This document shows, one piece after another, positions 49,501 to 58,690 of a stretch of 64,000 bases of DNA. Source of the stretch: a virus. The stretch spans positions 1 to 64,000 of IMG/VR virus record IMGVR_UViG_3300035703_000036. One strand, 5' to 3'. Both the position numbers and the translations under genes were made by a program. The notes below the pieces were generated by a model. That model was given only the letters and a program-made list of their open reading frames with translations. It was not told where the DNA came from and did no database searches. Position 1 is the first letter of the stretch. Each line of letters starts with the position of its first letter.

Positions 49501-49859
49501 GAGATAACGTAACCTACTCAGGTGTAGCGGCTGCGGGCGCTGAAATTTTCATAAAGCCGCCTTTGCCTAGACGTATTACAGTATCTATTAGCGTAAGAGT
49601 TAATACTGGCGTTCCTTTTAATAAAATTTCGGAACAAGTTAGAAGTAATATTGCATCGCTAGTCAATTCTAGCCCTATAGGTCAGTCGATAGCTATCAGT
49701 GATATTGTCGCTACTGTTAATTCCATACCAGGTGTTTTTGCTGTAGCAATCAGCTCGCCTACTTATGATGTATTAAATGATGTTATTGTAGTTAATCCTG
49801 CAGAAAAACCAATTATTATTGATATTGTCAATGATATTACAGTATCAAAGGTCGGATAA
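43545..49859 (+). CDS. giant baseplate J / gp6-like wedge protein
   Basis: N-terminal DRATGEALKRIA, V.A..PG.EGNV and GRNEETDEELRDRI motifs; C-terminal IGQSIAISDIV..VNSIPGV. Confidence 0.85.
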   Translation: MADQPKVKSREQILGEMLATFLSKTGINDLNVGSVNTSFFETMAQAIYRASGDTLSILRDFSVDRATGEALKRIATEERIYPKSARVATGKVTIIDTSFEKISTKIYAGANSPNVGSSMILVSDASLFTPAGAIYIGRGTPNVEGPISYSSITPVGGYYQINLSTPTTKFHNISESVVLSQGGLRNISVGTSVRAPATGDTDDIVFSVTSAAVILDGENQISNVPVAAQQPGTEGNVPRGAIREFVSPPFTGASVINESPFSTGRNEETDEELRDRIKRSRISKGLGTSIAIKNAVLGAQATDESAVVSSDEIFSFGSDNTVLYVDDGTGYEEKSSGVGLEFIIDSALGGEQYFQLATGGRQTSISKATLESIQDGPFDIIPTDRLAILVGGVLSEHIFNSGDFRSEGFATAYEVAASINSNSSLTFSASTSSNGKRVTIQAKTESNEELLITSPTTGRNAGIALYFPSNEIQTLRLYKNNKPLSKNGQSAIIESRNQSDWSSTIGSGDTLIISVDNTASITYSFTDADFLAEGNYISVNKNNSLQSWINVINKKVTGVTASIDGNKIKIISNKGANSTAALSIDVLSTLVSKGMFSVSTGLVSSGKAADFIVSRNTAQIKLTSPLEAGDSLAAGSEFTKGYIYSSPILGGNLTLTSDAYLWLLIDNADAEIISTGVVGDTLVDVSKPFANIVRYTSNSPSAFANVQVGDTVIVWSNELSLGNRLEAKVYAKTNTTLDIKVTSAEYAAAVVESAIVFKEGFVVIRTDKAVQKIKIASGAYNINTIVSIINLQLIGATSSVIGDEIINITTDSEDIYGCVLLVAQNDAGKGLNFTLASFAKTEFSQFAFYEAKNADSYFPAFVHSKITDDNFADVPNSFITSFNSAVVLASENIDPNFMVCPVNPFSPVADNISDNECVQIKNLSSNTVNINQSPLIRRLRIDDRFYAALPFDFGYNDSVVVILDADATNKTFPIPLYRKAIVNNTMPVSANNFRAYDSDSGPTTQFSQFFGSSYSFDNYKVLMQAKNAINPASNTINEDSILFRSARWGKDGERINVGYSYPTSSNLGISHTIIVDSMINIKISLKSNGIIPNTIDGTTEWDVTVTPNTPVAGVDSVTYSWNSIGTDPAMTTLSPDHYVTINSLGDFSPENIGTFRVDSATSTSFTVLRPNGVAVNESAIATLTTNTISLYQNNSTTAQEIVSYVNSNLSDYISASILDDNGVSGAGIINKSTYEDTNFANEGVDLFDGINWILSTNLSALSPSQQFSFKKSLTIPSINTATSGAYNFTDGEELRLIPTTSKQISELISTLAVSGFTTLGSVSSSNRESQLQISSQILGSNGAVQVTGGTANSVSAQVIGQSSKVSGTDYINVSVLRSQASGLHVDQMVKLSAFYSQKKETGISETTGVTILNNQPTLGQAIVELSNREAQDNYFGIPKNCFRDRSRAFHVEKQGALVCVSWDESTGGNPIFNKLVEINDGGGGSLSVDFDANLGVTYYTVASGNIRFFEVNKGDKLTISVLADAQNNGTFNILGVSEDGLTIATDNTSGLDALPSAIAPNDIAINTEVQEGDTVSISSPFSILNQGNFRVIRKYQNSFYIDNPSAVEERVIISDNLQSLNFDATTQFDVSISDGSMKISWNGVGTEPSLNNAKLGNILRVGSAFTANNQGDFMVVRSEGNQYQKFEINCSDAVSITSGQYFTLDLPNGGTSYYAWFNKDGSGGNPFPIGKTDISGGSGIVISTGDSSSIVANAVQAVIDAVVGFTSTVSGNIVTTICDNAGPTINAANVDVGGSFSIVIKKQGDYQFIECANAKAFAQSGIMVSGVGLDVLESHIPSLIFREYEAAIAGDKFVVSGSVLGSNNISDYTIYEVLSKNKIVVSSNMDEVESLVLNSDYIQVYVEEQNPYIGYKKIYSMLVDPSNSNRMNLIFDTNNQRLKINDVGEVTISAIGKLSFSEVVKKGLDSYRYNTGLIAEANRIVYGDPRDNVTYSGVAAAGAEIFIKPPLPRRITVSISVRVNTGVPFNKISEQVRSNIASLVNSSPIGQSIAISDIVATVNSIPGVFAVAISSPTYDVLNDVIVVNPAEKPIIIDIVNDITVSKVG

Positions 49860-49860
49860 T

Positions 49861-51459
49861 ATGGCAACAATTGAAGATGAAAAAAAGAGGTTAAGACAAT
49901 ATCTAAATCCTACTATCAAAGGGCCAAATGTAGATTCTGTTTTGGAATCTTTGGCTACTGGTACTTCTCATTTAATAAACAATGTTGAAGCCGTAAATGA
50001 TTCGCTATATATCGTCACAGCTCAAGGAAAATATCTTGATGCTAGATTAGCAGATAAAAATTTAACTAGACCAGAAAATGTAGGACTTTCAGACGAAGTT
50101 TTTAGACAAATAGGTATAGAAGTTTCCGCTAGAAAACAAGTAAGAGATTTAATTTTGTCTATTCTAGGTATCGTTTACGGAGAAGAGTTTACAAAAGCCA
50201 CAATGAATTCTACTGAATTTGAGCCTTATCAGCTTGAAAATGGTGACTCTTTAATGATTCAGTTTGATGATGAAGAAAAAGTAGAAGTATTCTTTGATTC
50301 ATCTCAGTTTGCTAGTATAAATGCCGCTACAGCGCAGGAAGTTGCGGATACAATTACAAAAGAAATTAGAAGACTAGGAAGAAGAGGATCTGCAGTTGCT
50401 AAAAATGATGGTGTAGGCGGATATGTAATGCTAATGTCTGAAACTTTAGGCCCCTCTTCAACCGTTAAGGTGGTTGGTGGCAAGGCTCAAAATAAATTAA
50501 AATTCCCAAGCATTAGACCTACTTCAGGACTTGCTTCAACTCAATGGAAACTGGAGCTAGTAGCGGGCGGACTTGTAAGAGCTACTTGGATTGGAGGAGC
50601 AGATCCTTCGGTTGGTAAAGTTAAAAAAAATGATTATGTAAATATATACGGATCTTCTTTTGATTCTTATAATAGAGGGACTTTTACCGTAGTAAATGTC
50701 AATGGTGGACTTGCAGGTGAAGCTTATTTTGAATTTATAAACCCAAGCGGAGTTCCAGAGACAAAAGCTCAAGGAATATCTGAAGGTGTTTTATTTTTTA
50801 ATCCAATTAGAAATACTATAAATTCTAAAACAACTTTTGCTACATTGTATCAAACAGAATCTAGATTGCTGGAAGTTTTTATGCCAGCCACTACAAAAGT
50901 AGTGAGAAGAGAAAGGATAGGATCTGCCCATTTACATGAATCTGGAGCTTCTGCATCAGACGAGCTTGGGCCTTATATTTTTGATGTAACTAAACCCTAT
51001 GTCATAGGCCAAGAAGAATGTAATACAACCACTCAAGTTGATTCTGGAACAGGAATTATTGTGAATGTGGATAATTCTGCCAATATACCAGATCAATCAG
51101 GATTTTTAGTGTTTGGCTTTGGAACTTCTTTAGAAGAAGGGCCCGTACCTTATATTGCCAGACCGTCATCAAATAGTATTATGATCAATCCTTCTTATAA
51201 ATTTAAAAATGTTCATGCTTCTGGAACTAATATATCGCTAGTTGCTCAAAATTACGCTTACGATGTAGCCAGAGATGGTTCTGATTACGCTTTCTATATT
51301 ACGGACGTAGTGGCCGGTAGAGTTTATGCGGAAGATTTAATTAAATTAGTTTATGCTACAGGTATTAAATTAGTGATTACAATCTTGTATCCTAATGATA
51401 TCGGTCTTGGAAAATACGGAACAGAAAATTCAGAGAAAGTTGTTATTTGGGGAGAATAA
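49861..51459 (+). CDS. baseplate wedge protein (gpI/gp7-like)
   Basis: ATG at 49861; TAQGKYLD...LTRP..GLSDEVFR motif; follows baseplate J. Confidence 0.7.
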   Translation: MATIEDEKKRLRQYLNPTIKGPNVDSVLESLATGTSHLINNVEAVNDSLYIVTAQGKYLDARLADKNLTRPENVGLSDEVFRQIGIEVSARKQVRDLILSILGIVYGEEFTKATMNSTEFEPYQLENGDSLMIQFDDEEKVEVFFDSSQFASINAATAQEVADTITKEIRRLGRRGSAVAKNDGVGGYVMLMSETLGPSSTVKVVGGKAQNKLKFPSIRPTSGLASTQWKLELVAGGLVRATWIGGADPSVGKVKKNDYVNIYGSSFDSYNRGTFTVVNVNGGLAGEAYFEFINPSGVPETKAQGISEGVLFFNPIRNTINSKTTFATLYQTESRLLEVFMPATTKVVRRERIGSAHLHESGASASDELGPYIFDVTKPYVIGQEECNTTTQVDSGTGIIVNVDNSANIPDQSGFLVFGFGTSLEEGPVPYIARPSSNSIMINPSYKFKNVHASGTNISLVAQNYAYDVARDGSDYAFYITDVVAGRVYAEDLIKLVYATGIKLVITILYPNDIGLGKYGTENSEKVVIWGE

Positions 51460-51460
51460 T

Positions 51461-51889
51461 ATGGCACAGTCAGTAGTACTTAGAGGCGCTGATGTTAAAT
51501 TGTATTTAGGTGGAAAATTGTATAATGAAGTGCAGAATGTTTCCTATACAATTGATTACGGCGAGGTTGAAATTTTTGGAATTGACTGTGAATTTGCCCA
51601 AGAAATCGCGCCCACAAAAGTTGTAGTTTCTGGAAGTGTATCCGGAGTAAGAGTAAAATATTCGGGCGGATTACAAGGTCATGATGCTAGATCTAAAATA
51701 AATCAAATTCTATATGCTCCATATATATCTTTTAGATTAAAAGATAGAGATAGCGATGTAGATATATTAATGATTTCTGAAATAAAAATAACATCTGAAA
51801 CAATGAACATACCATCAAAAGGCGTTGCAGTATTATCTTTTGCTTTTAAAGGAATTATTCCTCTAAACGAAGTGGATATTTTTGGCTAA
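51461..51889 (+). CDS. tail tube-like protein
   Basis: GA.VKLY.GG....VQNVSY.IDYG...I.GID....EI.P....VSGS tube-fold pattern; ~140 aa. Confidence 0.6.
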   Translation: MAQSVVLRGADVKLYLGGKLYNEVQNVSYTIDYGEVEIFGIDCEFAQEIAPTKVVVSGSVSGVRVKYSGGLQGHDARSKINQILYAPYISFRLKDRDSDVDILMISEIKITSETMNIPSKGVAVLSFAFKGIIPLNEVDIFG

Positions 51890-51982
51890 AATCTTCAAAA
51901 ACTTTACTTGAAATTCTATCTCCAAGCGTAATAAAATACCCAAAAAATCCAACATATAAAAACATCATAAAAATAACAAACA

Positions 51983-52219
51983 TTATAATTCTGCCTTATT
52001 GTCAGTCTGACCGTTTACCATGATTGGCAATTCTCTTTTTTCATGAATATCTTTACAAATACTGTAGGCTATTTCTTCTCTAATATCTTCTCTGACCATT
52101 TTAACTACACAATCTTCAGTAGCAGTTTTTCTTTTATTTTTTCCAGTTACAGGCCCTAAAGAACAACCGGTCAAATTGATCAATAATAAAAACGACATAC
52201 ATTTTAAAATTTTAGACAT
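51983..52219 (-). CDS. small lipoprotein
   Basis: Start at MSKILK (52219); lipobox LTGC. Confidence 0.55.
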   Translation of the reverse strand: MSKILKCMSFLLLINLTGCSLGPVTGKNKRKTATEDCVVKMVREDIREEIAYSICKDIHEKRELPIMVNGQTDNKAEL

Positions 52220-52472
52220 CTTCTTCTCCGCAATCTTTGCATTTATAATAAAAGGAATTAAATAAAGGTTTCTTTTCTTTGTTTTCATGTTTACATAATT
52301 CTTTAGGTATAGGCGGCGGTTCATCTGGATATTCAAGATCCTCATCTTTAGGATAGCTATGAATAATACCATAACCGCCATCGTCTTCAAATTCGAAGTC
52401 AAAATCATCCATAGAATCTAGCATTTCTTCAAATGCTTTTAATAAATCTTCATCTATCTTTTTATTCGACAT
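52212..52472 (-). CDS. acidic protein with a C-terminal CxH...CxxC motif
   Basis: CKHENK..LF.SFY.KCKDCGEE. Confidence 0.6.
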   Translation of the reverse strand: MSNKKIDEDLLKAFEEMLDSMDDFDFEFEDDGGYGIIHSYPKDEDLEYPDEPPPIPKELCKHENKEKKPLFNSFYYKCKDCGEEDV

Positions 52473-52686
52473 AAATTACAAGAGACGTTTTGCAGCCTTC
52501 TGTTTCCTTGCACGGTCTACGTGCTGATTTTAGTTTTTTAGGGTGAACATTTTTTTTCTGTACAGATACGACCCGATTAACAGACCCATCCCAATCTCCC
52601 ATATAAACAACATCGGGTTTATCAATATAAATTTCTGTATCTTCACTAAATTTATCTAACATCATTTTTAATTCTTTGACCGTCAT
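52462..52686 (-). CDS. hypothetical protein
   Basis: MTVKELK..L..F..D.E motif; start placed at MTVK. Confidence 0.55.
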   Translation of the reverse strand: MTVKELKMMLDKFSEDTEIYIDKPDVVYMGDWDGSVNRVVSVQKKNVHPKKLKSARRPCKETEGCKTSLVIYVE

Positions 52687-52913
52687 AGCTCCTCCCCACA
52701 ATCTATACACGTATGATACGTACTTGTAAATAGGAATTTTTTCATTTTGTTAATATGCTGACATTTTTTACTTTGTTCGTATTGTTGAACAACAGGACAA
52801 GAAAGGTATGTATTTTCAGATAAACTATTAAGAGTTTCCCCTTTGGCGGAATAAGATTTGTGCATCTGAGCTAACCTATTGAATTTATTGCCTTTATACT
52901 TATCTTGAAACAT
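52683..52913 (-). CDS. hypothetical protein with a C-terminal CxH...CxxC motif
   Basis: ATG at 52913 after AAGGAG; CQHINK..LFTS.Y.TCIDCGEE. Confidence 0.6.
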   Translation of the reverse strand: MFQDKYKGNKFNRLAQMHKSYSAKGETLNSLSENTYLSCPVVQQYEQSKKCQHINKMKKFLFTSTYHTCIDCGEEL

Positions 52914-52933
52914 ATTCCAATCTCCTTTTTTCA

Positions 52934-52961
52934 ATTATACCATAAGTATGATTAAAGTCAA
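52934..52961 (-). promoter_or_regulatory. sigma70-like promoter
   Basis: Minus strand TTGACT-16 nt-TATAAT with extended TG. Confidence 0.7.
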
Positions 52962-53044
52962 AGGAATAATAATCTTTAATGTGATATCAATATCATGTCT
53001 TAAAAATCCCAACATTTATGGTAATATTCTATTAGGGTGTAAGT

Positions 53045-56000
53045 ATGTCAGTAAGAAGAAGACAATCGTTTATTTCACAATTAAGAGTTGACGTTCCTCA
53101 TTTGCGTTCAATTGAATCGGCAACCTCGAATGATTTTGATGAATTATTAAGTGCGTTAGTCACTGGAATAAGCAAAAGCTACGTAGTTAGAGGGTTAGAA
53201 ATCTCTATGAGCGGCGCGATAGGATCTTCCGCCAATGGGTTACAGCTTATAGTGGCTAACTCTGCGATTTTACACGGAACATCAAATGTTTCCGGTACTT
53301 TTTATTCAATAAATAATTCCGCTCCAAATCAAACTCTTAGCTCAATTACAAACACAAGAGTTAGTGGATCTTTTACTCCGAGCGCTTTAAACTATATTGG
53401 GATAGAGCTTACTAGATCGGTAGACAATACTACGGCAAGCCAAGTATACCTTTGGAACCCTACATCTAAAAATGAAATCACAAAAACCCTTCCCTTGGCA
53501 GAGGTTTTGGATTATAAAATAGTAATTACATCCTCAGTGTTTGCTTCAAATGTTTTGCCTATAGCAATTATTGAAACGGATTCTGCAAATAACGTTCTTT
53601 CAGTTGAAGATAGAAGACCTCTTTTGTTTAGATTAGGAACGGCCGGATATACTACTCCAGATCCTTTTTATGTTTATCCTTGGACAAATCATTCTGAAGG
53701 TAGAACAGAGAATTTTTATAAATCAAGCTCATCCGCAGTATCTCCTTTTCGTGGCGGAGATAAGCAAATTTCAAACTTAAAAGAAATGTTAGACGCAATT
53801 ACTTCTAGTCTTAAAGAAGTAAAAGGTACGACATACTGGTACTCTTTAAATAAGGGCGGATCAATCTTTAAATTAAGAACTGATCTTGCGAATTTAGTCG
53901 TAACAGGTAGAGCGGCTTTAACTCATAGTGCAACAACTGCCGGTCGATTAAATTGGAATAAGGACATTTTTTTAAATTTAGTAGGAAGTCGTTTAAAGTA
54001 TAAAATATCAGCTAACCCTAGTTCTTCTTATGTAGTTTTAGCAGACGATCAAGTAGCTTATATAAAATTAATTAGAGGAGTAGATATTACTCCTAACTTA
54101 ATTTTTACAAACGGTTCCGCTACAGTTAGTTCTGTAGGATCTGTCGCTTGGACGGCAAATGTACTCGCTGGAGATTTCATCAAAAAAGCTGCTGAAGATG
54201 ACGGCAAATATTATAAAATATTATCTGTAAACTCAGCTTCTCAAGTTACTTTAACTGAAAATTTCGCTGAAACTTCTACAGGTTTAGCTGGAGCTGATGC
54301 TCAATATGCTTGGGGAACTTATAGCGCAGTAGCTGCGCCTTCTACTGATAGACATATCAAAGTTGTCAATCGTAAAGATATGGCAATTGAAGAAGATGTT
54401 TTTTGGTTATTTGCAAGAGATGATAACGGAACGGTGGGCCAAGAAGTTTCTCAAGTTGTGACTTTAGCGGATACGGCAAATAGTCTAGATGGAACTTATT
54501 TTTTATTAAATGCCAACGATGATATTAGAAAATTTTATGTTTGGTACGATACTGGATCAAATACTGATCCGGCTATTTCAGGTAGAACAGGAATAAAAGT
54601 ATCAATTTCTACAAACGATTCTGCGAATACGGTAGCCGCTAAAACTCAAGCGGTTATCAATACTCAGCCTGATTTTTCGGCTTCTGTGATTGGAAATACC
54701 GTAAGCATTACTAATGTTTTTGATGGAGATTCTTCTGATATTTCTGATGGAGATACAGGCTTCAGTTTTTTAACTACAACTCAAGGCGGAAAGCCGAAAG
54801 TTTACGTTAGATTCGTAGGATCAGAAGTTGAACAAGGTGAAACTCGACAAACTTCTGACAATACTAATTATGAAATAATGCTGTACACAGGAATGAAATC
54901 CGAAGCAGATTCAGCTCCTGATTATACTAACGCTATAGATAATTTAACTCCTGAAGTTACAACTATAACTCTACCTCCCGCAGCATCAATTACGAGCGGG
55001 CAATATTTTACAATAAATTCAGCGGGAGATGTATCTCGATATTATGTCTGGTTTAATAAAGATGGAGCCGGCGGAGATCCTCTTCCGGTTGGTAAAATAG
55101 GAATTCAAGTAGCAATTTCTACAGGAAATTCTAATTTAGTAGTAGCTGCGGCTACTGCTTCGGCAATTCTTTCCGTATTAGATTTTAGTGTATTAGATAA
55201 TTTAAATGGAACTATTACTGTTTCCAATAATACGGCCGGATATTGCACTAATGCTGCAAACGTGAATGTAGGCGGAAGCTTCTCTATTGTGACCGATATT
55301 GAAGGCGCAGGACATCCTAATTATTTTCTAGTAGATGGAGAAGATTTAACTAAATCTAATAAAAGATTAGATCAAGCAATTAATACTGCACTATCTGGAT
55401 TTGATCATGAAGCGTACGATGAACTTCTAACAATAGTTTCCGGATCTCCAGCAAATGATAATGAAGTAATGGGGCCAATTTCAGCTTCAACTATATTAAC
55501 AATACCTCTTGATTCTAGATCTGGAAATATAGTAAAAGGATATATTGTAGGTCAGGCTGAATTAGAAGTTTATTTAAACGGACAATATTTAGCTGTAAAT
55601 AATTCTTGGGCTGAAGTCGGAGCATCTGGATCTGAGTCTGTTCAAATACAAATTTTAATTGATTTAGTAGTAGATGACGTTCTAACTTTCCGTATTGATA
55701 ATGGTACATTAGGTAATTTTGCTACAGCTACAGGTGAAGTTAATACGGGATCTAATGTAGGAACTGGCGCTGGAGTTTTTAAAACCAAAGCCGGAGTCGA
55801 TCTTCAATTTAGAACTTTAAAACAAGGATCAAATGTAACTATTGTTCAGACTGCTGATGAATTAACAATTTCTTCTTCCGCCGGTACTGGCGTAAATAAT
55901 ATTCAATCTGTTGTGGGCACTGATTTTACAATTTTAGCTTCCCATGATTTTATTAAAGTTACCAATAGCGGTGTAAATGTTACTCTAACTCTTCCTGATG

Positions 56001-56185
56001 CTTCTTTAGTTACCGGTAAAGAATATAAAATTAAAAAAATTGATTCAGGAAATATTCTGTATATTGAATCTGTTTCAAATCAAACTTTGGATGGAGTAGA
56101 TATTACGGCTTCTCCACACGCTATTACTATTCAATATGAAAGTTTAATTATTGTATCTGACGGCAGTTCTTGGTGGGTTTTATAG
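53045..56185 (+). CDS. large multidomain virion (baseplate/fibre-attachment) protein
   Basis: 1046 aa, beta-rich; two copies of a domain also present in baseplate J; GEVNTGSNVG..G.F; C-terminal TLTLP...YKIKK.D...DGSSW fibre module. Confidence 0.75.
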   Translation: MSVRRRQSFISQLRVDVPHLRSIESATSNDFDELLSALVTGISKSYVVRGLEISMSGAIGSSANGLQLIVANSAILHGTSNVSGTFYSINNSAPNQTLSSITNTRVSGSFTPSALNYIGIELTRSVDNTTASQVYLWNPTSKNEITKTLPLAEVLDYKIVITSSVFASNVLPIAIIETDSANNVLSVEDRRPLLFRLGTAGYTTPDPFYVYPWTNHSEGRTENFYKSSSSAVSPFRGGDKQISNLKEMLDAITSSLKEVKGTTYWYSLNKGGSIFKLRTDLANLVVTGRAALTHSATTAGRLNWNKDIFLNLVGSRLKYKISANPSSSYVVLADDQVAYIKLIRGVDITPNLIFTNGSATVSSVGSVAWTANVLAGDFIKKAAEDDGKYYKILSVNSASQVTLTENFAETSTGLAGADAQYAWGTYSAVAAPSTDRHIKVVNRKDMAIEEDVFWLFARDDNGTVGQEVSQVVTLADTANSLDGTYFLLNANDDIRKFYVWYDTGSNTDPAISGRTGIKVSISTNDSANTVAAKTQAVINTQPDFSASVIGNTVSITNVFDGDSSDISDGDTGFSFLTTTQGGKPKVYVRFVGSEVEQGETRQTSDNTNYEIMLYTGMKSEADSAPDYTNAIDNLTPEVTTITLPPAASITSGQYFTINSAGDVSRYYVWFNKDGAGGDPLPVGKIGIQVAISTGNSNLVVAAATASAILSVLDFSVLDNLNGTITVSNNTAGYCTNAANVNVGGSFSIVTDIEGAGHPNYFLVDGEDLTKSNKRLDQAINTALSGFDHEAYDELLTIVSGSPANDNEVMGPISASTILTIPLDSRSGNIVKGYIVGQAELEVYLNGQYLAVNNSWAEVGASGSESVQIQILIDLVVDDVLTFRIDNGTLGNFATATGEVNTGSNVGTGAGVFKTKAGVDLQFRTLKQGSNVTIVQTADELTISSSAGTGVNNIQSVVGTDFTILASHDFIKVTNSGVNVTLTLPDASLVTGKEYKIKKIDSGNILYIESVSNQTLDGVDITASPHAITIQYESLIIVSDGSSWWVL

Positions 56186-56192
56186 GGGTAAT

Positions 56193-56642
56193 ATGTCATA
56201 CAGACCTTACGAAGCAATTATAGCGGCAGCGGCGGGGCAAGTTTCTACGTTGCGTATTTATTTGACTAATAATACGGGCATGACTATTGTTGATTTGTCG
56301 CCAGTAAGAGCTAACCTAAACGGTGAGATGGATACGGTAGATGTTTCCATAGAATCACAAGTCATGTCCGCTGTCGGAATCCTAGAAGCAGCCACATTAG
56401 ACGGCTCGGATGGAAATGTTGTTGTAAGCGGGAAAATATCCAATATTTCAACCTCTTTTTCCCTTGGTGACTATGTTTACGTTTCTAAAATAGGCGGACT
56501 AACCAATATTCTTCCTTCGGAGGGTATTGATGGTTTTGAAGCCGGAGATTTCATAATTAGAGCTGGCGTAATAGCTAAAAATCCTATTAATCCTTTACAA
56601 AAAGATTTATTAGTAAATTTTGGTATAGTGGGGCAATTATAA
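56193..56642 (+). CDS. small structural/decoration protein
   Basis: G.V.VSG...F.LGD.VYVS..GGLT...P motif shared with the 56962 C-terminus and 16149. Confidence 0.65.
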   Translation: MSYRPYEAIIAAAAGQVSTLRIYLTNNTGMTIVDLSPVRANLNGEMDTVDVSIESQVMSAVGILEAATLDGSDGNVVVSGKISNISTSFSLGDYVYVSKIGGLTNILPSEGIDGFEAGDFIIRAGVIAKNPINPLQKDLLVNFGIVGQL

Positions 56643-56881
56643 TGGAAAATAGAATTAGAAAAGTGGACGTTGAAAAACTTAACGAAGAGCAAATTGCTAG
56701 AGTTGAGAAAAAAATTTCTGAGGAAGTAAGCTCTATTATTAATAGAGCAGATAGTGAAATCAATAACTTACTGAATATTTACGGAATGGAAGCTGTGCTT
56801 TCTATCCAGTTTGGACTACAAGGGATTAAGGAAAAAGCCAAGAAAATAAAAGCTAAGAAAAGCCCTAAAACCTCCAAATAA
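56642..56881 (+). CDS. hypothetical protein
   Basis: TAATG coupling with the previous gene. Confidence 0.55.
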   Translation: MENRIRKVDVEKLNEEQIARVEKKISEEVSSIINRADSEINNLLNIYGMEAVLSIQFGLQGIKEKAKKIKAKKSPKTSK

Positions 56882-56961
56882 AGTTTAATAGTAATCTTTA
56901 AATTAATCGTTCGATCGCAATCTTTATATAAAAATACCAACAATATTAGGGAGATATATTT

Positions 56962-58656
56962 ATGGCAGACATTTCAGTTTTATCGCGTTTAGTAAATGCG
57001 GTTCCACGAAATGTGGATTTATCAACAAACGCTTTAGTAGTTGATAATATCAAAATTAAGTTGGGCGGATCTTTTTACGCTACTTTTTCTGGCTCTTTGA
57101 CTGGCGCTAGAACTATTACAATGCCTGATGCTAATGTGAATTTAGGTCATATAGCAAATCTAAATACTCTTTCTGGTGTTTCTGCTGGAGATGTTGATCT
57201 GGGAACTTTCACAGGCTCAACTATTTCAGATAGTACTACAATTAAAAATGCTTTACAAGAACTAGAAACAGCAATTGAGTCTGCCGCTAGCACTACAGAA
57301 TTTCTAGATAGTGCTTTTAGAATTAAAGATCAATCTGACTCTACTAAAAAAATCGCTTTTGAAGCTTCTTCAATATCTGGCTTTGCTACCAGAACCATTA
57401 CAATGCCTGATGCTGACGTAGATTTAGGGCAAGTAAATACCGCTATCTTACAAGACGGCACAAGATCAATGGCTGCCGCTCTAAATATGGGTACTTTCAG
57501 AATTACAAATCTAGGAAGTCCTACCTCAGGCTCAGATGCAGTTACTAAAAGCTGGGTTGAATCTTACACTACAGGTCAGTTTAATTTCTTAGAAGATGTA
57601 GATGCAACAGTCGCTGACGCTACAACAACAGCGCCAGACGACGGATTACCGTCCGCGGTGGCTGGTCAAAGATATATTTTAGAAACAAACACTTCTTCTC
57701 TTCACGCTAATTGGGGAACCATTACGGGCGTTGGTGATGGTGATATTGTTCAATATGATGGAACGGCATGGCTTGTTGCTATGGATGCTTCTTCTGCTTC
57801 AGCTGAAGGAAATCTTGCTTGGGATAAAAATTTAAATGTATTCAAAAGATATCTTTCTACTTGGTCTGAATTTGGAGGTCTTTCTGGAATTACAACGGGC
57901 GCAGGTTTAGACAAATTAGGGAATACAGTTTTTGTAGATTTAGCTACCGATCCAGCTCTAGAATTTGACGCTTTAGGTGACGCCGGAAAATTAAGAGTAA
58001 AGGCTGATGAATCTACAATTGAAAGACATTCGGGCGGATTAAGAATTAAAGCTGGCGGTGTTAGTTCAAATGAACTAGGACTGGCTTCAGTTTTATTTTC
58101 AAAACTATCAGCTGACGTTATCACTGGAGCTACAGAAGAAACAGGCGCTGACGATGCTGACTCAATTTTAATTTACGACAATTCGACTTCTTTATTGAAA
58201 AAAATGACAAGAGCAAATTTCTTGTCAGGATATGAAATTGACGGATTAGTAAAACCGTTTGTTGCAGGAGAGTCTTTTGCAGCTGATACAACTTTCCTAG
58301 TAAGAGTAGCTATAAATGGCGAAACTTTAGGTAGAGTTTATAAAGCAGATAAAGCCGCAGGAGCTGAAGGTTCAGAAAATCATAAGTATTACGTAATGGG
58401 CGTTATGATGTCTACATCGTTAGTTTCTGCCGGAGATCCAATCCTAGTTAGAATGATTGGCGAACATACTTTAGGATCTTCTGACGCTAGCTTTTTGGCG
58501 GCGGATATTGGTAAGCCGGTATTTTTAACAGCTTCAGGAGCTTTCTCTTTAACTGCTCCTTCATCAACTAATGAAGCGGTTGTTAGAGTCGGTCAAGTTG
58601 TAGCTACGAATAAAATTTTAATTCACTCTATTCAATTAGTAGGAATTCAAGCTTAA
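56962..58656 (+). CDS. fibre-like structural protein
   Basis: Two RTITMPDA motifs; ITNLG.PT..SDAVTK; DIGKPVFL...G.F...AP. Confidence 0.75.
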   Translation: MADISVLSRLVNAVPRNVDLSTNALVVDNIKIKLGGSFYATFSGSLTGARTITMPDANVNLGHIANLNTLSGVSAGDVDLGTFTGSTISDSTTIKNALQELETAIESAASTTEFLDSAFRIKDQSDSTKKIAFEASSISGFATRTITMPDADVDLGQVNTAILQDGTRSMAAALNMGTFRITNLGSPTSGSDAVTKSWVESYTTGQFNFLEDVDATVADATTTAPDDGLPSAVAGQRYILETNTSSLHANWGTITGVGDGDIVQYDGTAWLVAMDASSASAEGNLAWDKNLNVFKRYLSTWSEFGGLSGITTGAGLDKLGNTVFVDLATDPALEFDALGDAGKLRVKADESTIERHSGGLRIKAGGVSSNELGLASVLFSKLSADVITGATEETGADDADSILIYDNSTSLLKKMTRANFLSGYEIDGLVKPFVAGESFAADTTFLVRVAINGETLGRVYKADKAAGAEGSENHKYYVMGVMMSTSLVSAGDPILVRMIGEHTLGSSDASFLAADIGKPVFLTASGAFSLTAPSSTNEAVVRVGQVVATNKILIHSIQLVGIQA

Positions 58657-58690
58657 TGATATGGTAATATATTATTAGGAGAAAATATAG

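Noticed and set aside
9369-51889. Chromosomal contractile injection system (eCIS/tailocin) rather than a phage
   Set aside because: Interleaved phage-type small genes, dNMP kinase, Mom and DenV-like genes, and no bacterial housekeeping context, favour a lytic phage genome
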